This document shows positions 40,560 through 50,994 of a DNA stretch of 64,000 nucleotides, in pieces. The DNA is taken from the NCBI GenBank assembly GCA_002071085.1, contig MWEM01000004.1:4277-68276 (forward strand). The letters run 5' to 3'. The notes below the pieces were generated by a model. It was not told the origin of the DNA. It ran no database searches and saw only the letters and a list, made by a program, of their open reading frames with translations. The first letter of the stretch is position 1. Every line of letters begins with the position of its first letter. A program made the position numbers and the translations under genes. Source of the DNA: Thermotogota bacterium ADurb.Bin062. Its GTDB lineage: Bacteria > Thermotogota > Thermotogae > MWEM01.

Positions 40560-42076
40560 AAAAAGTGTTAGTGTCGGTCCTATTGGTTGTTTTACTGTGC
40601 GTTAGCGCGTTTTCCGCAATCGTGGATTACGTGCCCGCTGACGCGTCTTTCGCGCTGGTGATGCGGAACAATGCCTCGCAATACGAACAACTCAAGAAAG
40701 TCGGAATTTTCGGGTTTCTACTCAGAGATATGGGATTGGAAAGTATGATCGCGCAACAATTCGAAAGTATGAAGTATACGGACCCGAGTTTTAAACCCGA
40801 GAACTTTTGGGGGTTGTTGGGGGGCGACATCGCCGCGTTTAGTCAAGGGGAATTCGATTTTTCTGTCTTCGGTGACCTGTTTGGATTCGCTTCGGACCCG
40901 GACGATCTCCTTCCGGAGATGATGGACCGGCTTCAAGACTTGTCTATGGTTTTCATCGTAAAACCTACCGCCGACCCCGATCTCGTGATCAAGACTTGGA
41001 ACAAGGCGCTGGGAATGGAGATGGCCTGGGGCGTGGACCCGTATTCGGGAATGATGCTAGAAAAATCGGACGGATACATATTGTTTGGAACGAACGCGCA
41101 AGCCATCGCTGCCGCCAAAGCGGCCAAAACTAACAATATCCTGAACAATCCCCACTTCCGAAAAGAGTATGACGCGGGCCATTGGATGGTTCTGTATTCC
41201 AAGAGCCAAATGGAGACCGAAAGCGTTTCCGACCTACTGGAGTCCAATTTAGGCCTCAAGATACCCACGGACATCCTCGAAGGCGTGGAAACCGACTATT
41301 CCATAGCGACGTTGCGCGTGGGAGAGGCGCTAGAGTTACGCCAGGTCACTTACTTCATCTATTCCAGCGACAGCTTGAAGCGGTTTGTGATCGATGCGAA
41401 CGCGGACCTCGCGGACCTGTACAAAAAAACCTCGATTCCGGGAACTATCCAAGGCTTGATGGCCGTGAACAAGATAGAGGAAGTCTGGAAAAACGTAGAA
41501 CCCGTATTCAACGACATCATCAATCAGCTGATCGAAAAAGGCGAAATGGACGAAACCGACAAGTCCACTGCGGAAAAGGTGTTCGGTTTCATCAAGGGCT
41601 TCAAAGGGTTAATGAAGTTCGGAATGGATATTACCCTAGACGAAAGCCTGAACCCGTTGGTCGACTTGTTCCTCAAGATCGATATGGACAAGATGGCCGA
41701 CCTGCAAGATTGGGCGCGCAAACAATCGGAAACCGCCTTCGTGGCAAAGGACGGTTATTTGGAAAGCGTGATTATGGCGAAAAACAAAGGCGATGACTTC
41801 GATTTCAATCTATACCTTGGCCAAGACGAAATCATCCTCTCCACGCTAAAAGCCAAACAGTTGAAGTCTGTCGACAGTCTGCCTGTTTTGGCAAAGAACC
41901 TGATGTTCGCGGAGCTTTCCAATCGTTACTCGTTCAAGAAGGGCAACGCGATGGTCTTTGCCGATATCGGTTCGATTTTGACGAAAATACTAGGGGTCGC
42001 CTATCCCTCCGGCCTATTCCTCGAATTCGGCGCCGATGAAAACGCTAACGTTCGAATGATCGCGGTCATTAAATAA
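40556..42076 (+). CDS. Secreted hypothetical protein (506 aa)
   Basis: ATG overlaps the ATPase stop (ATGA). Signal peptide MKKVLVSVLLVVLLCVSAFSA. No TM helices afterwards, so it is not the expected ABC-2 permease. Confidence 0.6.
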   Translation: MKKVLVSVLLVVLLCVSAFSAIVDYVPADASFALVMRNNASQYEQLKKVGIFGFLLRDMGLESMIAQQFESMKYTDPSFKPENFWGLLGGDIAAFSQGEFDFSVFGDLFGFASDPDDLLPEMMDRLQDLSMVFIVKPTADPDLVIKTWNKALGMEMAWGVDPYSGMMLEKSDGYILFGTNAQAIAAAKAAKTNNILNNPHFRKEYDAGHWMVLYSKSQMETESVSDLLESNLGLKIPTDILEGVETDYSIATLRVGEALELRQVTYFIYSSDSLKRFVIDANADLADLYKKTSIPGTIQGLMAVNKIEEVWKNVEPVFNDIINQLIEKGEMDETDKSTAEKVFGFIKGFKGLMKFGMDITLDESLNPLVDLFLKIDMDKMADLQDWARKQSETAFVAKDGYLESVIMAKNKGDDFDFNLYLGQDEIILSTLKAKQLKSVDSLPVLAKNLMFAELSNRYSFKKGNAMVFADIGSILTKILGVAYPSGLFLEFGADENANVRMIAVIK

Positions 42077-42106
42077 GCATAATTCGTCATACATCAAATT
42101 TGAATT

Positions 42107-42150
42107 GACCCGGGTGGAGGCAACCGCGCGTTGCTTCTCCCGGGTTTTTT
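42107..42150 (+). terminator. Hairpin plus T-run, candidate intrinsic terminator/attenuator
   Basis: CCCGGG-TGGAGGCAACCGCGCGTTGCTTCT-CCCGGG-TTTTTT, with an inner GCAAC-CGCGC-GTTGC hairpin. Confidence 0.4.
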
Positions 42151-42164
42151 GCGAGGAGGTTCGC

Positions 42165-44006
42165 TTGAAGGGTCGATTATTTCTGTGCTTTCTCGCGCTG
42201 TCCGCGCTCTGTTTCGCCGTCCGCCCTCTCTCTATAGAAGAGGCGCGCGCTCTGGTCCCGCAGATCGAGGTCGACACCTTTTCGATCACGTGCTACGGAA
42301 CCCGGTACGCCGTCGAAAAAGAATGGCAAGGGGCCCCTCGGATTCATTTCCTTTGGGATTCACAGACAGGGTACGAAAACCTCGTTGAACACGTTTTTGA
42401 AGAGGCGGGCTACCTGAAGACACCTGCCGGAGAGACGTTTCGCGGTAAGATCCTATCAATAGGGGAAGACTTCATCTACTGGGAATTCTCTTTCCGGGGG
42501 AAATTGGTTACCAACAGAGACGCGGTCGTTCGTAAAGACGAGAGACTTCCGGATTCCATTTGGCGTTTCTGCGCCCTTCACTATGGATTGTCGAAACCGG
42601 ATGAGACCGGCGAAAACAAGTCATTCTCTTATCTCGTCCTCCTGAAGAATCGGCAGCCTTACGAACCGGCGGATCCCCAGGCAAACCAGACAAGCGTCTT
42701 GCTTCTAGAAGGCCAAGGGTTCTCTATATGGAAGTTTTCCGATACGCACGTCCGATTGAAAACCCTATCGACTCAGAAAGCGAGCGAGCGGCCTGTGTGG
42801 CAGTTCGCGATTGCGCCCGTGCCCGTGCAAGCGATCGATCTCGAAGACGCCTTCTTTCCCTTCACGCTGGAAACCCGTCCGCCCGGTCTTTTGGCCCGTC
42901 TGGACGGCGTAGAGTATGAAACCCCGTTCTCCGCGCAACTACCGCAGGGTGTGCATCGCTTGGAGATCGCCGGTGAGGAACGCTTTTTCTACCTATCTGA
43001 ACCGACCACGCAGTTTCTGGAAATCGAGCAGCCTCAGGGCACGTTGTCTATCGAACTCTCGTTAACCGCAAGAATCGCGCTCTACCGCGATCGGGAGACT
43101 GTCTTTATTACTCAAAGCGCGACGCGTGTCACCCAAACCTTGCCCTTCGGTTTCTACACGCTGAAGGTACAACGAGAAGCCTACGAGCCGATCGAAGAAA
43201 CCGTGGAAGTCCTGCCTGGGAAGCGTGTGACTAAATCTTATTCGCTGACCCCGATTCCGGGCGCCGTATTCCTGAAGCGATCGCTGGATCAACCCTGCGA
43301 ACGAATCTTCGTCAACGAGAGGTGGGCCATTCTCGCGGACTCCACACGCTCGGTGTTTATGCCACTGCCAACGAACGACGCCACTGCTTTTTATTTGGAA
43401 GAGCGAGTCGCCGGCGCAGAGGGGCCGTTTTCCTTTTCGCTCCGGACCGTTTATTTGGGCGAGGCGCCCATTTTTCTAAACCCTTTTCCTATCGTCACCG
43501 TCGTGCCCTTCGACAAGGAGCTTTGGATCTTCGACGCCTCGGGAACGCTGACCGTGGTGAACACACGGAATAACAAGACCCTGTGGCAACGGGCAGTCGG
43601 TTACATCCCCCATTGGACATACCGCTACGATCGGTGGTTGGCCCTCTTGGATATATACGGAAACTTCATCCTACTCGAGCCCCAACGGGGATACCACGAG
43701 GTTTTTCGTTATCGCTTCGGCGCCTTGAAGACGCTCGACCACGTGGTCGTTACTCCAAGCGCGCTTCTGCTCTACTTTTCGCCCGATGCGCTATTAACCT
43801 ATTCTTTCAACACGCGGGCGTATCATTACGAAGAAGGGGTATCCTACGAACCCGAGCGAATCCTTCTCTCTACCAACGGTTTTCAAAAAGGTCGAGATCT
43901 GTTCTATCGGTTCGAAGAGCCCCTACGGGCCTACGACATCTCCGACGGGCACATCGCCGTCCTGTACGATCGATATTACGCCGTCCTTTTCGCGCCGGGG
44001 GAATAG
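42165..44006 (+). CDS. Secreted protein with PEGA-like beta-sandwich repeats and a probable beta-propeller-like C-terminal region
   Basis: TTG 42165 after GCGAGGAGGT. Signal peptide LKGRLFLCFLALSALCFA. PEGA-like segments (RPPGLLARLDGVEYETPFSAQLPQGVHRLEI; YTLKVQREAYEPIEETVEVLPGKRVTKSYSL). Confidence 0.45.
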   Translation: MKGRLFLCFLALSALCFAVRPLSIEEARALVPQIEVDTFSITCYGTRYAVEKEWQGAPRIHFLWDSQTGYENLVEHVFEEAGYLKTPAGETFRGKILSIGEDFIYWEFSFRGKLVTNRDAVVRKDERLPDSIWRFCALHYGLSKPDETGENKSFSYLVLLKNRQPYEPADPQANQTSVLLLEGQGFSIWKFSDTHVRLKTLSTQKASERPVWQFAIAPVPVQAIDLEDAFFPFTLETRPPGLLARLDGVEYETPFSAQLPQGVHRLEIAGEERFFYLSEPTTQFLEIEQPQGTLSIELSLTARIALYRDRETVFITQSATRVTQTLPFGFYTLKVQREAYEPIEETVEVLPGKRVTKSYSLTPIPGAVFLKRSLDQPCERIFVNERWAILADSTRSVFMPLPTNDATAFYLEERVAGAEGPFSFSLRTVYLGEAPIFLNPFPIVTVVPFDKELWIFDASGTLTVVNTRNNKTLWQRAVGYIPHWTYRYDRWLALLDIYGNFILLEPQRGYHEVFRYRFGALKTLDHVVVTPSALLLYFSPDALLTYSFNTRAYHYEEGVSYEPERILLSTNGFQKGRDLFYRFEEPLRAYDISDGHIAVLYDRYYAVLFAPGE

Positions 44007-44008
44007 GG

Positions 44009-44575
44009 GTGCCGGGGTATCGAACGCACAGCCTTTCGGCCTTCTTGACCTTTCCCCTCGTTACGCTCCTCTACAAATGTTTGGCGCCGTTGACGAAGGG
44101 TACGCCCCTGTCGTGGGATCAGATTTCGACGGGGTTCGTCTTGTACCTGCTCTCTTCGCAGGCACCGGACATCGATCATAAACAAGCCTACTCGAACCGC
44201 CTGTTCTTTTTCTTCTTATGGATGGTATTGACGCTGGCAGTTTTCCGCGCCCTGTTTACGCACGGGTATTACCTCCTACCCCCGGTCTTCGATCCAGTGA
44301 TCGAAGAAGCGCTGTTCGTTCTATCGCTGGCGGGGGGAGGGCTCGTTTCTTTCGTGTGCTTCAAATTGCTTCCGGTTCACAGAGGGCCGATCCACACCTT
44401 CTTGTTCGGTTTGGTTTACGCCTTGGCCCTCGGGGCCTTATACTGGTATTTGTTTGAAAACCTATCGACGGAGAAAGCGGCGTTGTCGCGGTTGTTTTTC
44501 ATCTTTATGTGCGCCCTGCTCGGGTTTTTAAACCATTTGCTCTTGGATAGCCTTTCCGGCAGGCTGAAAAGGTAG
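44009..44575 (+). CDS. Membrane-bound metal-dependent hydrolase (YdjM/DUF457-like)
   Basis: GTG 44009 directly after the upstream stop. 4-5 TM segments. Conserved His/Asp positions (QAPDIDHKQ...HRGPIHT...NHLLLDS). The ORF-track N-terminal extension from 43583 overlaps the PEGA gene in another frame. Confidence 0.45.
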   Translation: MPGYRTHSLSAFLTFPLVTLLYKCLAPLTKGTPLSWDQISTGFVLYLLSSQAPDIDHKQAYSNRLFFFFLWMVLTLAVFRALFTHGYYLLPPVFDPVIEEALFVLSLAGGGLVSFVCFKLLPVHRGPIHTFLFGLVYALALGALYWYLFENLSTEKAALSRLFFIFMCALLGFLNHLLLDSLSGRLKR

Positions 44576-44580
44576 GACCC

Positions 44581-47500
44581 TTAAGAGAACAGGTAAGTTA
44601 ACTCCTCTTTTCCGAAAGACCCGCCATCGCGTTCACTACCGCTCAAGACCCCGTCAGCCACACTCTGCTTGCGTTTCTGTAGCTCCAGCACCTTTTCTTC
44701 GATCGAGTCTTTCGCGATCAGTCGATAGACGAACACCGGTTTGTTCTGTCCGATTCGATGGGTGCGATCGATGGCTTGAGCCTCCGAGGCCGGATTCCAC
44801 CACGGGTCAAAGATGATGACGTAGTCCGCTTCCGTGAGGTTGAGGCCGACACCGCCGACCTTCAAAGTCATCAAGAATATCCGAGTTTCGGGGTTTTCTT
44901 TGAAAGCGTCGATGATCTCTTGGCGGTTTTGCGTTTTCCCGGTCATCGTCAGGATTTGATCTTTGTAGTCGGAGAGGTCCTCCTGAATGATCTCCAGCAT
45001 CTTCGAAAATTGTGAAAAAACTAAAACTTTGTGATTTTCGGCGCAAATACTGTCGACCAACTCCCTTAAAGCTTCCAACTTACCGGACAGCCCTTTGCCA
45101 GACAATTCCTCTTTCGTCAAGCGGGGATGGCAACAGATCTGACGCAAGCGCAGTAAAAGGGTCAATATTAGAAAGCGGCTTCGCTGAAAACCGGCTTCGT
45201 CGCGCATTATCGAAAGCGCCTCGGACTGTGCCGCTTTGAAGTAGGTATCGTAAATATCGGATTGAGATTTCGTCATGTCGACATACAGGTTTTCAATGGT
45301 TTTTTCAGGCAGTTCGGCTAAAACGTCTTCTTTCTTTCTCCTGAGGATCAAAGGGGCGATCTTCTTTCCTAGCTCTTCGAAGTTCTCGTTGTAGGTGGAA
45401 AAAAAGAGTTTGTCAGCACCAAGAAATCCGGGCATTAAAAAGTCGAAAATGGACTTCACGTCTGACAACCCATTTTCTATCGGCGTGCCGGAAAGGGCGA
45501 GCCGGTTCTCCGCTTGCACTTTCGTCAATTCTTTGAAAGTCCGCGTGTTTTTATTCTTTATATTTTGAGCCTCGTCGAGGATGACGTAATTGAAGGTTTT
45601 GGGGGTAAATAGGCGGATGTCGTTGCGCAACGTGGCGTAGGTCGTCAAGATCAAATCAGAAGTGCTCTTCGAGATATCTTGGTTTTGCCGACCGTACCCA
45701 TGATAGATCAGGGTCGTGAGATCCGGCGAGAAACGGTTGGTCTCGGCCTCCCAGTTTCTCAGCAACGACTTCGGCGCGACGACGAGCGCGGATAGCCGTC
45801 CGTATCGACGTTTAAAATCGTGTAGCATCGCGAGCGCCTGAACGGTTTTACCCAACCCCATATCATCGGCCAGTATTCCCGAAAGACCGTATTCCTCCAA
45901 AAACCTCAGCCAGTTGTACCCCGCAATTTGATACGGGCGTAGTGACGCGCCGAAATCCGATGGGACCGGATACTCCTGTATTTGAGTGAACTTATCGATC
46001 GCCGAAAGAAACCGTTCGGTTCTCTCGTCGAAAGAGGGTGTCGTCACCTCCCTAAGTGTTTGTAAGGTCTCGAAGTCTGCCTTCGGGATACGCAACCCGT
46101 CTTTCAGCTGGCTTAACCGTGATCTCAGTGTTTCGAGTTTCCCCGCCTCGTGAGGATCTACGGAGAAGTATTCCCCGTTGATCTGAAGATATTGAGAGGG
46201 GTTGGCCAAAAGACGATCCAGATCCTCAGCGGCGATGGGTTCGCCGTTCAGTTCCCCGCTTAACGCCAGATCAAACCAGTCGGTACCATATGAGAAAAAC
46301 GTTTTGACGATCGGCTTGACCCGCCCGCGAGAAAAGAGCCGAGTGTCGCACTCCAACACCACTTCTTTTTCGTACTTTGGGAACTCCTCGTTGACTAGGC
46401 GCAAAACGCTCTCCAAGTGTAAGTCGTAAAGTAGGCTCTCTGCGTCTAGACAGGTCTCGTGGCTGAGCATATTCCGAATAGTTTGAATGTGTTGAGCCTC
46501 GAACTCCAAATCTCTCTTAAAGATTTGGCCGGTGGTTTCGGAAATAATGATACTTTCGGGTTGTTCGGCCGACAAACGGCGATCTCCGTACTTGAAGAAC
46601 AGCTGAAATCGATAGTTCCAATGATAACTTTGGATCTGCCATAGAGCCTTCGGCTTTTCGCTGGTATAGGCCATTCCATTTCCGAACAGCTGGGGCGCGA
46701 CGTTGACCTGCAAAGAGAGTAGGGGCAAGAACAGTAGTCGCTGCAGAGATCCCTTATTTTCTTCTTTCTCTGCTCCCCAATCGTAGTCTTTCAGCAGTTC
46801 CTGGAGACGAAAAGTCGTTTCTGCGTCCAATGAGGTGACGACCGGAAAAATCTTGTTGGTGATGATCGCCAATTTCAAACCCAGCTTTCCATAATAAGCG
46901 AAAGCGGGCAAAAAATAGTCTTTTGTTTTCGTAGCTTTCAATGGATACTCGATCCTGTTTTCTTCGTTGATCAACCGGAATTCCAACAGTTGCTGATCCG
47001 GCGCTTTGATCCCCGAGCGTTTCGGCTTCAGATGAAGCGTAAGCGTGGGACCGAAAACAGCCGGTTCATTCAGATAGTTAATGTAAACGCAATCATCATC
47101 CCGAAAAGCCTCTACGAACCTTTGAAAATCTGTGATTTCTAAAGAAAATTCATTATGATAGGAATCAGTCGAGGGAGGAACATAACTCATACAGGACAAA
47201 ACGCGCGCAAAGAACGGATCGTCCCTCTTGTACAACCGTTGATAACTCACGAGTTTTTGACCGGTAGCGAGGTATTTCCCTTTTGCGTTTCTTTTCCGCC
47301 GGGCGACTCTAGCAAGCAGCTCCCTGTTACACGGGTTCAGGAGCACGACAAATTTCTCCTCTTCGGACTTTGCTCCCTTTTCGCTGGAATTCCGTTGTTC
47401 CGTATGAAAGAAAGAGAGGAGATGAGTGAGTTGCTCTTTGTTTCCCAGGTATTTACGATAACCGGATTCGAACATTTGAATCCTCTTATGCTCCTCATAG

Positions 47501-47835
47501 AGCTGTTCGACTTTGCTCGATTGTCTCCCAGCCTCCTCCAAGAGGAAAAGGAGATGAGGGCAGAGCCTTTCTATCCGCGTGTCGTACCCGCAGCTACAAT
47601 GCAAACTTATGGCGCGGTCTTTGAACGAGACGATCGCGATCACGTATATTTCTCGTTCCGCAAAACCGCCCGTGATGACCACTGCGTCCTTTTCAGTGGC
47701 GAATTCGAAATCCAACACTTTCCAGAGAGATTTTGGCACTTTTCTTGTTAAATGGTTCTTTTCTCGTATTTCCTTCAAAATAACGGAATACTCTTCAGAA
47801 AATCGGATCATAGTGAGTTCAACGGGTAAAATCAT
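44581..47835 (-). CDS. SNF2-family helicase with N-terminal SWIM zinc finger (paralog of 15687-19157)
   Basis: SWIM HCSCGYDTRIERLCPHLLFLL. SNF2_N LRPYQIAGYNWLRFLEEYGLSGILADDMGLGKTVQ, DEAQNIKN. Helicase_C GGVGLNLTEADYVIIFDPWWNPASEAQAIDRTHRIGQ. Confidence 0.85.
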   Translation of the reverse strand: MILPVELTMIRFSEEYSVILKEIREKNHLTRKVPKSLWKVLDFEFATEKDAVVITGGFAEREIYVIAIVSFKDRAISLHCSCGYDTRIERLCPHLLFLLEEAGRQSSKVEQLYEEHKRIQMFESGYRKYLGNKEQLTHLLSFFHTEQRNSSEKGAKSEEEKFVVLLNPCNRELLARVARRKRNAKGKYLATGQKLVSYQRLYKRDDPFFARVLSCMSYVPPSTDSYHNEFSLEITDFQRFVEAFRDDDCVYINYLNEPAVFGPTLTLHLKPKRSGIKAPDQQLLEFRLINEENRIEYPLKATKTKDYFLPAFAYYGKLGLKLAIITNKIFPVVTSLDAETTFRLQELLKDYDWGAEKEENKGSLQRLLFLPLLSLQVNVAPQLFGNGMAYTSEKPKALWQIQSYHWNYRFQLFFKYGDRRLSAEQPESIIISETTGQIFKRDLEFEAQHIQTIRNMLSHETCLDAESLLYDLHLESVLRLVNEEFPKYEKEVVLECDTRLFSRGRVKPIVKTFFSYGTDWFDLALSGELNGEPIAAEDLDRLLANPSQYLQINGEYFSVDPHEAGKLETLRSRLSQLKDGLRIPKADFETLQTLREVTTPSFDERTERFLSAIDKFTQIQEYPVPSDFGASLRPYQIAGYNWLRFLEEYGLSGILADDMGLGKTVQALAMLHDFKRRYGRLSALVVAPKSLLRNWEAETNRFSPDLTTLIYHGYGRQNQDISKSTSDLILTTYATLRNDIRLFTPKTFNYVILDEAQNIKNKNTRTFKELTKVQAENRLALSGTPIENGLSDVKSIFDFLMPGFLGADKLFFSTYNENFEELGKKIAPLILRRKKEDVLAELPEKTIENLYVDMTKSQSDIYDTYFKAAQSEALSIMRDEAGFQRSRFLILTLLLRLRQICCHPRLTKEELSGKGLSGKLEALRELVDSICAENHKVLVFSQFSKMLEIIQEDLSDYKDQILTMTGKTQNRQEIIDAFKENPETRIFLMTLKVGGVGLNLTEADYVIIFDPWWNPASEAQAIDRTHRIGQNKPVFVYRLIAKDSIEEKVLELQKRKQSVADGVLSGSERDGGSFGKEELTYLFS

Positions 47836-47847
47836 CGCAATAGTCCT

Positions 47848-48108
47848 TTATCGTATCATTAAAAAAATGAATTGGGCTAGGCTGATACCCAACAAAATAT
47901 AAAACATAATCTCCAACGCGTTGAAGTAACTCTTCTGCTTTTTTAAGCTTTCTTCCAGCTCCCGATAGTTGTCATTCAAAAAACATTGAATCCGGTCTAT
48001 CTTCCGCTCTATCCGCAAGAGGTCGGATTCTTCCGCCGCTTGCCCTTTTCCTTCGGATTCCGAAGAGGCGGGAACCCGATTCCAAAAACCGGCATCGCTA
48101 TCCCTCAA
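47848..48108 (-). CDS. Small protein with coiled-coil segment and C-terminal TM helix (86 aa)
   Basis: Overlaps the gatB stop by 11 nt and ends 13 nt before the SNF2 start. C-terminus IMFYILLGISLAQFIFLMI. Confidence 0.4.
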   Translation of the reverse strand: MRDSDAGFWNRVPASSESEGKGQAAEESDLLRIERKIDRIQCFLNDNYRELEESLKKQKSYFNALEIMFYILLGISLAQFIFLMIR

Positions 48109-49552
48109 TGTTATTCCCCTCCAACAGCGCTTTAATCGTCTCTTGAACCAGGGAGGTATCGCACTGTCCTTTCGTTTCTTTCATGACCAGACCAATAAAG
48201 TATTTCAACAATCCCGTCTTTCCAAACCGATACGCTTCCGCTTGCTCCGGGTGTTCTTCCACCACTTTTTTGGAAACTTCGATCACGTAGGCGCTGTCGT
48301 TGATTCGCGAAATCCCTTTTTCAGAGAGGAGCTGCTCTAGGGAGATATCGTTCTCCAATAGATCCGGGATCAGTGTTTTCGCGATGTGGGTGGTCGTTTT
48401 GCCCGTGGCAATCCATTCGATGATCTCCGCCAGACGTGCCACGGTCAAGGTTGTCCGATCGATCGTAAGCGCCCTCTCTTTGAGGGTTTTCTGTATCTCC
48501 CCGAGCAGCCAATTCTTGACCGCTTTCACGGGTAGTCCTTGTCCCACCGCTGCGACGAAAAAGGTTTCCAGTTCAGGCTCGTCGAGGAAAGTCTTCGCTT
48601 CGGCCATCGTCAAGCCGTATTGCTCCATCAGTCGATCTTGCTTTTCCATAGGAAGTTCCGGTATCGTTGTGCGGATGCGGTCGATCCAGGCGCGCTCTAG
48701 AACGATATCGGGTAAGTCGGGTTCGGGAAAATGACGGTAGGTGTTCTCTTCTCCTTTACTTCGAAGCGATACGGTCGAACGGCTTCCTTGGTCCCATCCG
48801 CGCGTTTCCGAGACCGTCTTCTCTCCGGATAAGAGCGCCGCCTTGAGCCGTTCGAACTCGTATTCCAGAGCTTTTTCAACGAACCTGAAGGAGTTGACGT
48901 TTTTTATTTCCACACGAGCCGTTACCAAGCCACGGTCCGTGTCTCGGACCGAGATATTTGCGTCGCAGCGTAGCGCGCCCTTTTCCATATCTCCGCTACA
49001 AATCCCGAGGGTTCGAAAGGTATTCCGCAAGGTCTCCATAAAGGCGTGGGCCTCTTTAGGCGTATCCAGATCAGGTTCTGTGACGACCTCAAGCAAAGCG
49101 ATACCGCAACGGTTGTAGTCAATAAACGCACATTCCGGTCGGTCGGCGGGGCTGTGGAGAAGCTTTCCCGTATCCTCTTCTATATGAACTCTGCGTATGC
49201 GTACCTTTTTCTTGCGTCCGTCGGCGTGGATCAACAGACTTCCGTTTTCTGCGATCGGGCGGAAGTATTGGGTGATCTGGAAGCCTTTGACCAGATCGGG
49301 ATAAAAGTAATTCTTTCGATCGAAAGAGCTCCTTTCATTGATGTGGCAATTTAACGCGAGCGCCGCCTTCACCGCGAACTCCACGACCGTGGCATTCAAT
49401 TTTGGTAAAGTTCCGGGCTGACCGGTGCAACCGTCGCATATGTGGGTGTTCGGAGGCGCATCGAAGGACTCGGACGAACAGCTGCAGAACGCTTTCGTCT
49501 TCGTCAGCAATTGCGCGTGGATTTCCAAGCCGATCTGAGGTTTTATAGCCAT
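48098..49552 (-). CDS. gatB: Asp-tRNA(Asn)/Glu-tRNA(Gln) amidotransferase subunit B
   Basis: Start [15 protein letters not shown] at 49552. The ORF-track extension to 49681 overlaps gatA. Confidence 0.9.
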   Translation of the reverse strand: MAIKPQIGLEIHAQLLTKTKAFCSCSSESFDAPPNTHICDGCTGQPGTLPKLNATVVEFAVKAALALNCHINERSSFDRKNYFYPDLVKGFQITQYFRPIAENGSLLIHADGRKKKVRIRRVHIEEDTGKLLHSPADRPECAFIDYNRCGIALLEVVTEPDLDTPKEAHAFMETLRNTFRTLGICSGDMEKGALRCDANISVRDTDRGLVTARVEIKNVNSFRFVEKALEYEFERLKAALLSGEKTVSETRGWDQGSRSTVSLRSKGEENTYRHFPEPDLPDIVLERAWIDRIRTTIPELPMEKQDRLMEQYGLTMAEAKTFLDEPELETFFVAAVGQGLPVKAVKNWLLGEIQKTLKERALTIDRTTLTVARLAEIIEWIATGKTTTHIAKTLIPDLLENDISLEQLLSEKGISRINDSAYVIEVSKKVVEEHPEQAEAYRFGKTGLLKYFIGLVMKETKGQCDTSLVQETIKALLEGNNIEG

Positions 49553-50994
49553 AAGCGCTCCTCCTGAAATGGGAAGGGATAGTGATCGTCCTCGAAAAAC
49601 CCTGCGCTCTTCTCGTAGGCGCGCGCGATATTGAACAGCATCTCGTCGGCGAAAGGCTTGCATTGCAAATGTAAGCCGCACGGCATTCCGTTAGCGAATC
49701 CCATCGGGATCGACAGGGCGGGCAGTCCAACGAGGTTGGCTAAGACCGTGTTTTTATCCGAAAGGTAAAAAGCTAACGGATCGGTGTTCTCCGTTATCCG
49801 AAAGGGTGAGAAAAGCGATGTGGGCGAGAGGAGCACATCGTAATCTTGAAATATCTGGTGGACTCTCTGTGAGATGAGCCGTCGAACCTTCATCGCTTTT
49901 TGATAGTGCGAGTCATATTGAGCCTCTCCGAGGTAGAAGGCGCCCAATAGCATCCTTCGCTTCACCTCTTCACCGAAGCCATACTGCCGGGATTCGGCCA
50001 TCATATCTGTCAAGCTTTCTTCCGGTATCCTGAAGCCGTAACGTACACCGTCGAATCTGGCGAGATTGGAGGAAGCTTCCGAGGGCACGAGGATGTGGTA
50101 GGTGGCGATCGCGTACCTCTCCTCAGGAAAGTCGATCTCTTCCACAACGCATCGATTTTGTTTAAATATCTCGACTGCCTCCCAAAACGCACGCCGCACG
50201 TGCGGGTCGATCGTTTCGGGAACTGACTGCCTTACCACGGCGCAACGTTTCCCCGCAATCGAGTTTTCGATACCTTTCAATAAATCCATCGGACGGTCGA
50301 CGGTGGTAGCGTCCTTTTCGTCTTTTCCGATGAGGATATTGCCGATACACGCGGCATCTCGCACCGAACGGCAGAGAGGTCCGATTTGGTCGAGAGAAGA
50401 GGCTAAAGAGACGAGCCCGTAACGCGAAACCAACCCGTAACTCGGTTTGTATCCGACAATCCCACAGTGGGCGGCGGGCAGGCGGTTTGAACCGCCGGTG
50501 TCGGATCCGAGCGCGAAAGGAACACACCCGGCCGCTACCGCCGCCGCGGAGCCCCCGCTGCTCCCACCCGGAATACGATAGTAGTCCCAAGGGTTTTTCG
50601 TTGTAAAAAAAGCGGAGTATTTCGTTGAAGAACCCATAGCGAACTCATCCATATTTGTTTTCCCAAAGAAGACCGCACCGCTGGCTTTCAAGCGCGCGAT
50701 GGCCGTCGCATCGTAACCGGCTTTGTAGTTCCATAGGGCGTAGGACCCACAAGTGGTCTGAAAGCCCTCCACCATAATATTGTCTTTTACCGCGAAAGGC
50801 AAAGGCAAACTGTCCAGGGCATCCGGAATACTAATCTCCGAAAGTTTCGGCATCCGAATAAAGGCCAGTATCCTCGAGTCGGCGGCCCACGCGTGCTTAT
50901 AGAAAGCTTCTAAAATATCTCTCGGGCTCCAGCTCTTATCCCGAATCCCGCGAACCAACGACTCGACGGTGTTTTTCCAGATCTCCAACGCCAC
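49543..50994 (-). CDS. gatA: Glu-tRNA(Gln) amidotransferase subunit A (amidase signature family)
   Basis: GTG 50994 after GGAGGT. Amidase signature [14 protein letters not shown]. Confidence 0.9.
   Translation of the reverse strand: MALEIWKNTVESLVRGIRDKSWSPRDILEAFYKHAWAADSRILAFIRMPKLSEISIPDALDSLPLPFAVKDNIMVEGFQTTCGSYALWNYKAGYDATAIARLKASGAVFFGKTNMDEFAMGSSTKYSAFFTTKNPWDYYRIPGGSSGGSAAAVAAGCVPFALGSDTGGSNRLPAAHCGIVGYKPSYGLVSRYGLVSLASSLDQIGPLCRSVRDAACIGNILIGKDEKDATTVDRPMDLLKGIENSIAGKRCAVVRQSVPETIDPHVRRAFWEAVEIFKQNRCVVEEIDFPEERYAIATYHILVPSEASSNLARFDGVRYGFRIPEESLTDMMAESRQYGFGEEVKRRMLLGAFYLGEAQYDSHYQKAMKVRRLISQRVHQIFQDYDVLLSPTSLFSPFRITENTDPLAFYLSDKNTVLANLVGLPALSIPMGFANGMPCGLHLQCKPFADEMLFNIARAYEKSAGFFEDDHYPFPFQEERLWL

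Noticed and set aside
43583-44008. ORF 43583..44575 N-terminal 142 codons
   Set aside because: Arg-rich low-complexity translation lying in another frame inside the PEGA protein gene. The membrane hydrolase starts at GTG 44009.
48098-49681. Long forms of gatB (to 49681), gatA (to 51045) and pmbA (to 58464)
   Set aside because: The extensions overlap upstream genes and encode Arg-rich junk. Conserved N-termini and RBS support the internal starts.
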